A stretch of DNA of 64,000 bases from an uncultured delta proteobacterium (GTDB taxonomy: Bacteria; Desulfobacterota; Desulfobacteria; Desulfobacterales; B30-G6). Positions 20,329-30,073 of this stretch are shown here, piece by piece. The position numbers and the translations under genes were made by a program. Position 1 is the stretch's first letter, and every line of letters begins with the position of its first letter. The notes under the pieces are model-generated. The model did not search any database, was not told the origin of the DNA, and saw nothing but the letters and a program-made list of their open reading frames with translations. The stretch spans positions 128,001-192,000 of the forward strand of contig CAWGLD010000001.1 in NCBI GenBank assembly GCA_963823335.1. Reading direction: 5' to 3'.

Positions 20329-22086
20329 ATGCCCACAGAACCAAAGTTAACACGCAAACTCAGAGCCATCCTGTCTGCGGATGTTAAGGGCTACAGCATC
20401 CTTATGGCTGATGATGAAGTTCATACTATCCAGACGCTGAAAGCGTACAGGCAAATTATGTCTGATCTCATCCAACAGCATTCTGGTCGAGTAATCGATA
20501 AACCGGGTGACAATCTACTTGCCGAGTTTGGGAGTGCTGTTGATGCTGTTGAGTGTGCTGTACAGGTCCAAAACAGACTGAAGAAAGAAAATGCAAAGTT
20601 CGTTGGGGAAAAAAGAGTTCAGTTCCGCATTGGCGTAAATATAGGTGACATTGTTCAAGATGAAGATCGTATATACGGAAGTGGTGTAAATGTTGCTGCT
20701 CGAATTGAAGGGCTGGCTGATCCGGGTGGTATATGCGTATCCCGAAGTGTATATGACCAAGTGAAAGATAAAATCGAGTTGAGGTTTGAATACATAGGTG
20801 CGCATGAGGTCAAGAACATAAAAGGACCGGTGCGTGTGTACAGGGTCCTGATGGATTCTGACAAACCGAAACTTCTGGTTGAAAAAAGACTTGAGTTGCC
20901 AGATAAACCGTCCATTGCAGTCCTGCCATTCACTAACATGAGCGGTGATCCAAGTCAGGAGTACTTCAGTGACGGGCTTACTGAGCAGATCATCAACGGT
21001 CTTTGTAAGGTTTCAAATCTGTTCGTGATAGCACGTAACTCAAGCTTCGCCTATAAGGGAAAATCGATCAGTGCCAAGCATATCGCCAAGGAACTTGGAG
21101 TTAAATACATCCTTGAAGGAAGTGTACAGAGGGCTGGCGATCGTGTGAGGATTACAGCACAACTGATCGATGCTACAACGGACTACCATATGTGGGCAGA
21201 TAGCTATGATCGTGATCTATCAGACATATTTGCTTTGCAAGATGAAATTGCATTAAAACTCATGGGGGCCATGTCAGTAAATCTGACCTTTGGGGAGCAG
21301 GCGCGATTATGGGACGGAGGAACAACAAATATCCAGGCTTATGATATGCATATGCGAGGAAATGATTGCTTCTTTCGTAACAACAGAAAAGATAATAAAC
21401 AGGCACAGCAATTTTATCAGAAAGCTATCCACATCGATAAGGAATATGTCTCTCCATATACCATGCTGGGCTTCACACATATTCTTGATCTCCTCTATAG
21501 ATGGAGTGAGTCACCAATAAAATCCTTTGAGCAAGCTGAAACATATGCTGACAGGGCCCTTACATTGAATGATTCTTATGATATAGCCCATATGCTATTG
21601 GGTTGGATTTACCTGTTTAAAAGACAACATGATGAGGCAATTAAAAAAGGAGAGCGAGCTGTTGAACTTAATCCTAACGGAGCTGAAGCCTACGCCAATC
21701 TGGCATTCATCCTTATCTATTCAGATAGAACAGAATTAGGTATCAAATTCCTTAAATGGGCATTTCGGCTTAATCCATTACCACCCTTTCACTTTTATAT
21801 ATTTCTGGCAATAGCTCACCGAAATAATGGAGAATATGAGAAAGCAATAGCGTTAGCTGAACAGAGTATTCGTGGTAACCCAGACCAGCTTACACCGTAT
21901 CTTACATTGGCCTCTTCTTATAGTTCTTTGAACCGTGCTGAAGAAGCTCGCAAGGTTGTTGAGGTAGCCCTACGAATAGATCCGAATTTCTCTCTCGAAC
22001 ATTATGCGAAGACACTTCCATATAAGAATCAAGAAAGTTTGGATAACGATATCAATTCTCTTCGCAAAGCAGGACTACCCGAATAG
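20329..22086 (+). CDS. Class III nucleotide cyclase + TolB-N-like + TPR protein (paralog 1)
   Basis: ILSADVKGYS, PGDNLLAEF, FRIGVNIGD, GVNVAARIE; PDKPSIAVLPF module; TPRs. Confidence 0.9.
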   Translation: MPTEPKLTRKLRAILSADVKGYSILMADDEVHTIQTLKAYRQIMSDLIQQHSGRVIDKPGDNLLAEFGSAVDAVECAVQVQNRLKKENAKFVGEKRVQFRIGVNIGDIVQDEDRIYGSGVNVAARIEGLADPGGICVSRSVYDQVKDKIELRFEYIGAHEVKNIKGPVRVYRVLMDSDKPKLLVEKRLELPDKPSIAVLPFTNMSGDPSQEYFSDGLTEQIINGLCKVSNLFVIARNSSFAYKGKSISAKHIAKELGVKYILEGSVQRAGDRVRITAQLIDATTDYHMWADSYDRDLSDIFALQDEIALKLMGAMSVNLTFGEQARLWDGGTTNIQAYDMHMRGNDCFFRNNRKDNKQAQQFYQKAIHIDKEYVSPYTMLGFTHILDLLYRWSESPIKSFEQAETYADRALTLNDSYDIAHMLLGWIYLFKRQHDEAIKKGERAVELNPNGAEAYANLAFILIYSDRTELGIKFLKWAFRLNPLPPFHFYIFLAIAHRNNGEYEKAIALAEQSIRGNPDQLTPYLTLASSYSSLNRAEEARKVVEVALRIDPNFSLEHYAKTLPYKNQESLDNDINSLRKAGLPE

Positions 22087-22152
22087 ATACCATACTCACT
22101 GTAACCCCATATGTTGCCCAACCCCGAAGGTATTGAAAGAGAGGGCCCACCG

Positions 22153-23532
22153 ATGAAACTCAATTTTGTCAACATTATGCACGATCTGTACAATCTTGAT
22201 TCGACGGCGAACATCTCCCAACCGCCAGTGCCGCTTGGGGTCTTGAATTCCGTAACGCCCAAAGCCATCGAGACTGCCCTGATTGACGAGCAGACAGACA
22301 AGGTCCGATACGACGGCGATGTGTTTGCATTTACCCTGGCGACCCAGTTCACCGGCAAAGCCTACCGTTATGCTGACGAGTTGCGCGCGGCCGGCAAGAA
22401 AGTCATCATGGGCGGTATTCATGTCACCGTCCGCCCGGAGGAGGCCATGCGCCACGCGGATGCAATAGTAACCGGTGAGGCCGAAACCATCTGGCCGACG
22501 GTTTGCGAAGACCTTCTGGCGGGAACACTCAAGGAGCGGTACACCGGCTCGCCCACGCCTCCCTCGCGGATGGTGCCAACCGACTACCATTTCTTCGGGG
22601 ACCGGCCCTACCTAACGCCGGCCTCTCTCTTTGCCACCCGGGGTTGCAATCACCGGTGCTCTTTCTGCGTGAGTTCACGCTTCATGGGGCCGTTTCGGAT
22701 CAAGCCGCTGGCGGTGCTCGAAAGGGAGATCGATCAACTGCAGGAACTCTATCCGGCCGCATACCTGCAGTTCACGGATGACAACCTTCTGGCCGATCGG
22801 GGCTACGCTTCTGAGGTGCTCGCCTTGTTGCGCCGGAAGAAGCGACGTTTTGTCACGATGGTGACGCTCGACCAGTTCTGCGATAGTGCTCTCATGCAGA
22901 AAATGGCCAGTTCCGGTTGCCTGGGTGTCGCGGTGGGGGTCGAATCCGTGGACGACGATAACTGTCTCTCCGTGTGCAAGCGCCAAAACGTAGGCCAACC
23001 ATTCCCGGAGGCCGTCCGCCGTGCGAACGAACTGGGGATCCAGGTAGCCGCCCTCCTCATGGTGGGCCTCCCTCACGACACACCGGAAAGGCTTGTGCGC
23101 ACCCAACGCTACCTTGAAGAGGTTCCGTGTGCACTGTACGACCTGCGCGTTCTGCGCATCTATCCAGGTTCCCCGCTCTACGACAGCATGCTCTCCAGCG
23201 GTAACGTGACGGACGCCTGGTGGCTGGGAAAAGAACCCGTAGCGACCAACTATTTTCTTCCCGGTCATCTGCGCGTGCACTTCAAGCACCCCCATTTCAG
23301 CCCGATGCAGCTTCAGCAGTCGACGCTCAAGCTCACGAGCGAACTAGACAGGATGAACGCAGGCACCGTTGCAAACGTAATGCGCGTCGGCCGCCGGGGA
23401 GGTGCGAAGAAGTTCGCGGCCTTGATCTTGGCTGCCCGAAGCCGGGTGGCGAAGCAGGCGCGGGGGTTTCTGGCGCAGGTGGAACAATCCATGGAAATGG
23501 AAACGCCGCTGGCCCGAGACACATCTGAGTAG
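22153..23532 (+). CDS. B12-binding-domain radical SAM protein
   Basis: GGIHVT, VTGEAE, TRGCNHRCSFC, FTDDNL. Confidence 0.88.
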   Translation: MKLNFVNIMHDLYNLDSTANISQPPVPLGVLNSVTPKAIETALIDEQTDKVRYDGDVFAFTLATQFTGKAYRYADELRAAGKKVIMGGIHVTVRPEEAMRHADAIVTGEAETIWPTVCEDLLAGTLKERYTGSPTPPSRMVPTDYHFFGDRPYLTPASLFATRGCNHRCSFCVSSRFMGPFRIKPLAVLEREIDQLQELYPAAYLQFTDDNLLADRGYASEVLALLRRKKRRFVTMVTLDQFCDSALMQKMASSGCLGVAVGVESVDDDNCLSVCKRQNVGQPFPEAVRRANELGIQVAALLMVGLPHDTPERLVRTQRYLEEVPCALYDLRVLRIYPGSPLYDSMLSSGNVTDAWWLGKEPVATNYFLPGHLRVHFKHPHFSPMQLQQSTLKLTSELDRMNAGTVANVMRVGRRGGAKKFAALILAARSRVAKQARGFLAQVEQSMEMETPLARDTSE

Positions 23533-23589
23533 CACGTTACCGAATCATTAGCATCGTTCCTACCGTTGCTGCATTTTGAGCACTTCACG

Positions 23590-23715
23590 GGTGTCCGCCT
23601 TGTTGCAGCACCTCTTATGCTCTATCTATCTTGGATGGGTTGTCGAATTACTTTTCTTGCTTTTCTTGTACTTGCTTTACTATCGGATGCAATTGATGGT
23701 TTTATTGCGAGAAAA
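23590..23715 (+). pseudogene. CDP-alcohol phosphatidyltransferase N-terminal fragment
   Basis: RLVAAPL...LSDAIDGFIARK (DxxDGxxAR), truncated. Confidence 0.6.
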
Positions 23716-23808
23716 CGGATGCGCGCCGCGCGGAGTCTTATTTCTTCGATGTGTTTCCCCGGTTTGGGAACCTGGAGTTGATGATGCTTTCGCTTATCGA
23801 GGGCGTAA

Positions 23809-23900
23809 GGGAAAATTGTTATATCGTCACCTCGGCTGGACTCGCCTGAGCCTGTGATATCCCGAGACAACATCCATGTAAAAAGCTATTCCCTTGACCC
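23809..23900 (+). repeat. Cyclase-array spacer B
   Basis: ATATCGTCACCTCGGCTGGACTCGCCTGAGCCTGTGATATC ... TTGACCCA. Confidence 0.8.
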
Positions 23901-24047
23901 ATTCTGCCAAATCAGGTATTGATTTTATAGTCGCTTAAATCACATCTGATCTGATGCTGGATCTCATTTCCAACGGACCTGAATCTCGACCTGTCCGTAC
24001 TTCCAAGACGTATCATCTTCTTCAAACCCTAACCAGAAGGTGATCTA

Positions 24048-27000
24048 ATGCCCACAGACCAAGATAAAACCATTCGTAAACTCAGAGCCATCCTCAGTGC
24101 TGATGTTAAAGGTTATTCCCTCCTGATGGCAAACGATGAAGCTTTCACGATAAAGACACTCAAAGCTTATCGAAACATCATGTCCGACTTGATTAAACAG
24201 CATAACGGTCGTGTTGTGGACTCTCCTGGCGATAATGTTCTGGCTGAATTTTCCAGTGTTGTTGATGCGGTGACATGTGCAACGGAAGTTCAGAATGTTC
24301 TCAAAGCGAAGAATGATGACCTTCCTGATGATAAAAAGTTGGAATTTCGTATCGGAGTCAACATAGGTGATGTTGTTCAGGATGGAGATCGTATTTATGG
24401 CAATGGCGTAAATGTAGCTGCCCGTATCGAAGGTCTTGCTGAACCAGGCGGAGTATCTATTTCCCGCAATGCATATGGTCAAATAAAAGATAAGCTGACA
24501 TTTGGGTACGAATACATTGGCGAACATGAAGTTAAAAACATCAAGGATCCGATCAGGGTTTACAAGGTTCTAATGGATCCTGCGGACTCTGGTAAATTGA
24601 TCGGTGAAGAACCGAGGCGTCCGAGAAAGAAATGGTTTTTACCTGTAGCTGTCGTTGCCGCAATCATTGTGACATCTACCGTTTGGTATATTTACCAAAG
24701 CGTTTCAAAACCAGACATTGAGCCCGCGGTTATCGAAAAGATGGCATATCAGTTGCCAGACAAACCATCTATAGCCGTCTTAGCCTTTACCAATATGAGT
24801 GGTGAAAAAGAACAGGAGTATTTCTGTGATGGCCTGTCTGAGGGGATCATCAACGGTCTCGCCAAATCCGATCGCCTTTTTGTGATCGCCCGAAACTCCA
24901 CCTTTACTTATAAGGGTAAACCCGTAATGGTTAAGCAGGTGGCCGAAGATCTGGGAGTTCGTTATGTGCTGGAGGGGAGCATTCAAAAAGTTGGCGGCAG
25001 GGTGCGCATCACAGCTCAGCTCATCGATGCCCTGAGCGGACATCACCTTTTCTCTGAACGGTATGACCGGGAGTTGAAGGATGTCCTGAACCTGCAAGAT
25101 GAAATCACGATGAAAGTGCTAACGGTAGTGCAGGTAAAATTAACCGTGGGAGAGGGTGCGCTTGTCAGTGCAAAGGGGACCAAAAACCTTGATGCATATT
25201 TGAAAGTCTTGCAGGCTCGTGAGCATAAGGGCGGTATAATGAATAAAGAGCGGGTTGAAAAAGCCATTCAGTTGCTTGAGGAGGCCATTGCCTTGGACCC
25301 TGAATATTCATATGCTTACTCTATCCTGTCTACCGCCCATATGGACCTGGTTGCTCTTGGCGCAAGCGACTCGCCCAGAGAATCCCTGCGGCGATCCATT
25401 GAGCTGGGAAATAAGGCTGTCGCCCTGGATGAATCCAATCCATCCGCTCACGCAAATTTGGCATTTCCTTATATGCTCCTCGGTGAGTACGATAAGGGCA
25501 TTTTGGAGGCTGAAAAGGGCGTGTCCCTCGCCCCCAATTATGCCGGGGGATACTTTGCGTTGGGAGCCGTACTCGCCACGGCCGGTCGGCATCAAGAAGC
25601 TATCCCTGTTTTCAAAAAGTGCCTTCGTCTAAGCCCCGTACCCGTACACAGCCAAGTCCTGGGTATGCTGGCCACTTCATATTTAGCGGTGGGCCAATTT
25701 GAGGAAGGGATAGCCACATACAAAAAGGTACTGCATATCTATGGCCCAGATCAGTTGCCAGCACACCTGGGACTGGCTGGTACCTATGCATTTATGGGTC
25801 GCGAAAAAGAAGCACGTGCTGAAGGCGCAGAAGTCATGAGGATCGATCCTGAGTTCTCCGTGGAACGCTACTTAAAGTCACGCCCTTATAATCAGTCCAG
25901 AAAAGATCGCATCGAAGCCGCCTTACGCAAGGCGGGGCTTCCTGATAAACCACCACAGTCACTTCCTGACAAACCATCTATCGCGGTCCTTCCATTCACA
26001 AACATGAGCAATGATCCAGAACAGGAATATTTCAGTGATGGTATGACCGATGAATTAATCGGTGACTTGGCAAAGATAAAGGATCTTTTGGTCATATCCC
26101 GCAACTCAGCGTTTACCTATAAAGGGAAGTCCACAAAAGTTCAGCAAATCGCAGAAGAGCTCAACGTTCGATATATTCTTGAAGGTAGCGTACAAAAGTC
26201 AGGGAACAAGGTGCGTATAAGAGCTCAGTTGATTGATGGGAAAACCGATTATCACCTTTGGTCTGAAAGCTACGATGGTAAAATGGATGACATCTTTGAA
26301 CTGCAGGATAAAATTACAGGTAAAATTGTATCTGCTCTCGCACTAAAGCTATCACCATCTGAAACTGATAAAGTTGCATCTAAAGGGACAGATAGTATTT
26401 TAGCCCATGATCTATATTTGAAAGGAAATGCATATTTAAGACGATGGTCACCGGATGATTTAGTAAAGGCGATTGATTCGTATGAAAAAGCAGTCGAGCT
26501 GGATCCAAACTATAGTCATGCATATGTTGGATTAGCACAAGCCTACCGTAAAAACGTACTCGGTGGTAAGTCCTTTCAAGATAAAACAGGCCAAGATTTT
26601 GGTGGATCTCACATTTTAATGCGCCATTACCTTGAATTGGCGATGAAAAATCCAACGCCAGACGCCTATAGTCTTCTCGCCATGTTTGAGATAAGAAGGC
26701 GGCATTACAAAGAAGCATTAACACTTGCAGAAAAAGCTGTGACCTTCGCCCCCAATAGTGCCGATGCTTTAAGAATCTTAGGAATAATATTAACCTATAT
26801 CGATAAGCCGAAGGCGGCAATCCCAATTATTAAACAGGCAATAAGGCTGAACCCTTTAGAAGGGAATTTTGAATTAGGGTTTGCCTATATGGCAATGGGA
26901 AATTATGAAAAAGCTATAGAATCAGTTCAGAAAAGCTTGGCGGATAATCCACAGTTTCTACAACCGCATATGGTTGCTGCTGCATCCTATGCCCATCTTG

Positions 27001-27509
27001 GCCATGAAGATGAAGCTAAAAAGGCATTCAATGAGTATTTAAAGTTATGGTTTGATGGGTATTACCCCGACATGCAATTTCTCTATTTTATGTACTGTTT
27101 TAACAACCCGGACGTGTTTGCTCGGTTCATCGAAGGTCTAGTCAAAGCCGGTTATAAGAAAGATTCCAGAGGTTACTATCCGGTTGATGAAGCAAACAAG
27201 CTCACTGGACCTGAGATAAGAAAACTGCTTTTCGGAAAGACTGCGAATTTATCCATTAGCGGAGTGGATTATATTTTGGTTAGGAGTAAAGAAGGGGAAT
27301 TGAAACTTAGTATACCAAGCTATAAGCTATCATTTAAGGGGAAGAGCTGGATAAAAGGTGATATGGTTTGTAATCAATATGAGAATTTATGGGAAGGTAT
27401 TCAATCTTGTAACGATATTTATTACAACCCCGGGGGAAATGCTATTGAAAATAGCCAGTACTTATCTCTTACAGATGCCTTGCTTCTACCATTTTCGGTT
27501 GAGGACTAA
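24048..27509 (+). CDS. Class III nucleotide cyclase + TM + 2x(TolB-N-like + TPR) protein (paralog 2)
   Basis: Cyclase motifs, [15 protein letters not shown], two PDKPSIAVL modules each followed by TPRs, extra C-terminal domain. Confidence 0.9.
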   Translation: MPTDQDKTIRKLRAILSADVKGYSLLMANDEAFTIKTLKAYRNIMSDLIKQHNGRVVDSPGDNVLAEFSSVVDAVTCATEVQNVLKAKNDDLPDDKKLEFRIGVNIGDVVQDGDRIYGNGVNVAARIEGLAEPGGVSISRNAYGQIKDKLTFGYEYIGEHEVKNIKDPIRVYKVLMDPADSGKLIGEEPRRPRKKWFLPVAVVAAIIVTSTVWYIYQSVSKPDIEPAVIEKMAYQLPDKPSIAVLAFTNMSGEKEQEYFCDGLSEGIINGLAKSDRLFVIARNSTFTYKGKPVMVKQVAEDLGVRYVLEGSIQKVGGRVRITAQLIDALSGHHLFSERYDRELKDVLNLQDEITMKVLTVVQVKLTVGEGALVSAKGTKNLDAYLKVLQAREHKGGIMNKERVEKAIQLLEEAIALDPEYSYAYSILSTAHMDLVALGASDSPRESLRRSIELGNKAVALDESNPSAHANLAFPYMLLGEYDKGILEAEKGVSLAPNYAGGYFALGAVLATAGRHQEAIPVFKKCLRLSPVPVHSQVLGMLATSYLAVGQFEEGIATYKKVLHIYGPDQLPAHLGLAGTYAFMGREKEARAEGAEVMRIDPEFSVERYLKSRPYNQSRKDRIEAALRKAGLPDKPPQSLPDKPSIAVLPFTNMSNDPEQEYFSDGMTDELIGDLAKIKDLLVISRNSAFTYKGKSTKVQQIAEELNVRYILEGSVQKSGNKVRIRAQLIDGKTDYHLWSESYDGKMDDIFELQDKITGKIVSALALKLSPSETDKVASKGTDSILAHDLYLKGNAYLRRWSPDDLVKAIDSYEKAVELDPNYSHAYVGLAQAYRKNVLGGKSFQDKTGQDFGGSHILMRHYLELAMKNPTPDAYSLLAMFEIRRRHYKEALTLAEKAVTFAPNSADALRILGIILTYIDKPKAAIPIIKQAIRLNPLEGNFELGFAYMAMGNYEKAIESVQKSLADNPQFLQPHMVAAASYAHLGHEDEAKKAFNEYLKLWFDGYYPDMQFLYFMYCFNNPDVFARFIEGLVKAGYKKDSRGYYPVDEANKLTGPEIRKLLFGKTANLSISGVDYILVRSKEGELKLSIPSYKLSFKGKSWIKGDMVCNQYENLWEGIQSCNDIYYNPGGNAIENSQYLSLTDALLLPFSVED

Positions 27510-27610
27510 AAGTACTTATTAATACAAGATACCTGTCATAGATCACGCTTTTAGAGGCTTAAGAAACCTTCACTATCTGGTACTCTCCAACATATGCTGA
27601 TCCCCCCTCT

Positions 27611-27745
27611 ATTTCAGATCAAAACCTACCAAATGGGAAACATTGTGATATCGTCACCTCAGTGGAGTCACCTGAATCTTGGATATCATATCAAACCTAA
27701 CATCGCCCGGCTGTATGATGAACTCGAAAATGCAATTGTTGACCT
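27611..27745 (+). repeat. Cyclase-array spacer C
   Basis: GGAAACATTGTGATATCGTCACCTCAGTGGAGTCACCTGAA...GAACTCGAAAATGCAATTGTTGACCTA. Confidence 0.8.
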
Positions 27746-28014
27746 ATTACCTTTGCACCGGTGATCATGTACAGCGCCATAGAGTGGGCAAGCTTAACAT
27801 CAAATCCGGCCTCTTGTAGCCCATCAACAAGCCAATACCAGTTGATGGTCGCTTCTACGACTACAGGTGGCCTTGGAGAAAATGATTCAAGCGCATATAA
27901 AATGGTCCCAAGATCATTTTTTAATTTCTCTTTTAGTAAAATCTTGTCCTTGTCATCAATGACACACAGAAAAGAATTCGTTGCGTGAAGATCAATTCCA
28001 CAGTAAAATTTCAT
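27746..28014 (-). mobile_element. IS110-family transposase N-terminal fragment
   Basis: MKFYCGIDLH...VVVEATINWYWL (RuvC-like DEDD domain start); truncated after ITGAKV. Confidence 0.8.
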
Positions 28015-28176
28015 GATAGGCCTCCTCAGTTGGGGTTGAATGATAGTTGCCAGACTATACATTCTACCCTAAAAGGAGGCCGCCTTTAATAATTATCAAC
28101 TTTTCGGAGAGTGTTCGCAGGTGTTGATGAGTTGGAGTAATCGGCAATTTTAATCGGCCTGATCAACTGAGCATTA

Positions 28177-28710
28177 CTAATGCTCGATACCAACTTGTGC
28201 CTTGACACCCATTTTGTACGGGTGCTTTGTATCTTTCATCTCAGTCACGAGATCGGCCATGTCCAGGATAAGGTCTGATGCATTTCGTCCCGTGAGGATA
28301 ATATGGATATGAGGTGGCCTCATTTCTAAAATTTCACACAACGCTTTTTCTTTTAAAAGTCCAAAATCGATCGCCACCAGGATTTCATCTAAAATAATCA
28401 TACCACAGTCGGAATGGAGCAAAACATCTCGAAAATATTTCAATCCTCTGTCTGCAAGGTATATGTCCAGCGGTTCACAGACTCTTGATTGGACAAATCC
28501 CGGACGCCCGAATCTTTTTACATCGATGGGAAGACTGCATTTCGTCAAGGCATCTATTTCGCCGATATTCCCCTGCCCCTTCATAAATTGAATAATGAGG
28601 ACTTTGACTCCATGCCCGGCTGCCCTCAGTGAAAGTCCAAATGCAGCAGTCGTTTTCCCTTTCCCGTCTCCCGTGTAGACAATAATCAATCCTGAGGTGG
28701 TTTTTTGCAA
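28177..28710 (-). CDS. cobO: Cob(I)yrinic acid a,c-diamide adenosyltransferase
   Basis: YTGDGKGKTTAA, QFMKG, ILDEI, LTGR, ADLVTEM, KHPY. Confidence 0.9.
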   Translation of the reverse strand: MQKTTSGLIIVYTGDGKGKTTAAFGLSLRAAGHGVKVLIIQFMKGQGNIGEIDALTKCSLPIDVKRFGRPGFVQSRVCEPLDIYLADRGLKYFRDVLLHSDCGMIILDEILVAIDFGLLKEKALCEILEMRPPHIHIILTGRNASDLILDMADLVTEMKDTKHPYKMGVKAQVGIEH

Positions 28711-28841
28711 ATTAGTACTCCTGTGTTTAATCGTTGTTTATACAATCGCTATTTCATCAGAAATGACTTTCCCCTGAAATGTTTGTTTCCAAGTACCGAA
28801 ACGTCTCGAAGCCACGACAAGTGTGATCGTGTGCCCTTCTC

Positions 28842-29972
28842 TTATCTATTAGGGATTTTGATTGTAAACCGGCTCCCCTCTCCCACAACCGAATCCACAC
28901 CAATGGATCCACCATGCTGAGCGATAATCTTATTGGATAGAAAAAGCCCCAACCCGGTTCCCTCACGGCCTTTTGAAGAGAAAAAAAGTGAAAACAGATT
29001 GTCCCGGGTTTCGATGTCCATCCCGATACCGTTGTCACTGATGATAAAGAAAAGATGCTTTTCGTCATTCTTGACCGAAAATACTATTTTGTGCTTTTTA
29101 TCCTCATGATTCCTCATACAGGCATCGATGGCATTCTCGAGGATGTTGATGAGGGCGGAGTGCACAAATCCAGCATCGATATGAATTTTGTCCACAGAGA
29201 AATCGAAATCTTCTACCAGGGTGATATTCAGTGTTTTGCTCTTGGGTTTAACCACCCGGATGACATCTTTGGCAAAGGTGAGAATATCAATCTCCTCACG
29301 TCTCAGATTTCTCTCTTTTGCGTAAAACAGGATGTCGCTCACCATCCGTCGAATCCGCTCCACCATCATTTTGAGGATATCACCACCTTCCTCGATCTTC
29401 ATGAGGTCTTTGGCCTTCAATCCTGATCCGAGAAGATAGAGACCGCCATCCAGACCGGTCAGCAGCCCCTTGATCCCGTGTGAAATAGATCCTACCATGA
29501 GACCCAGGTTTGAGAGGTTGTCCTGAAGTTCGGTTTTTTCACGGATGAGTCGTTCAAGGTTCTCGGTGTATTTCTGGAGTTGCTTCCGAGTGATAATCTT
29601 TTCTTCGACCCTTTTCAGGGAGATTTCGAGCGCATCGACGTTAATGGGTTTGGTAATAAAATCGGTGGCGCGATGCTTCAGACTTTTGATGGCCAGGTCT
29701 ATGTCACCGTGGCCAGTGATCATGATGACTTCCGCTTCGGGATTTTCACGTTTGATGCGCTGCAGGAGTTCGATGCCATCCATGACGGGCATCTTGATGT
29801 CGCTCAGAACAATGGGGGGCCTTTCCGACAGGAAGGTTTCCCATGCTGTTTTGCCATTTGCTGCAGTCAACACCTGGTATCCCATGTCCGACAACGTCAT
29901 ACCGAGGACATCACGGATATCTTCTTCGTCGTCCACCAGAAGAATTTTTTTCTTGTCTTGGGATGTGTTCAT
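28842..29972 (-). CDS. Hybrid response regulator / histidine kinase
   Basis: REC domain (LLVDDE, DIKMP, TKP), H-box SHGIK, NILENAIDA, DNGIG, GTGLGL. Confidence 0.88.
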   Translation of the reverse strand: MNTSQDKKKILLVDDEEDIRDVLGMTLSDMGYQVLTAANGKTAWETFLSERPPIVLSDIKMPVMDGIELLQRIKRENPEAEVIMITGHGDIDLAIKSLKHRATDFITKPINVDALEISLKRVEEKIITRKQLQKYTENLERLIREKTELQDNLSNLGLMVGSISHGIKGLLTGLDGGLYLLGSGLKAKDLMKIEEGGDILKMMVERIRRMVSDILFYAKERNLRREEIDILTFAKDVIRVVKPKSKTLNITLVEDFDFSVDKIHIDAGFVHSALINILENAIDACMRNHEDKKHKIVFSVKNDEKHLFFIISDNGIGMDIETRDNLFSLFFSSKGREGTGLGLFLSNKIIAQHGGSIGVDSVVGEGSRFTIKIPNR

Positions 29973-30073
29973 TATGTGTTCACCCAAATTTCAATGTTAA
30001 ATTCTAACTATGTGATCGAAGAACCTCGCCATAATAGCGACAACGTCATGTTTAATAAATTCATTTCACGACG

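Noticed and set aside
20329-27509. Pycsar/CBASS-type defence system
   Set aside because: No adjacent cyclic-nucleotide-binding effector gene; the architecture fits receptor-type cyclases
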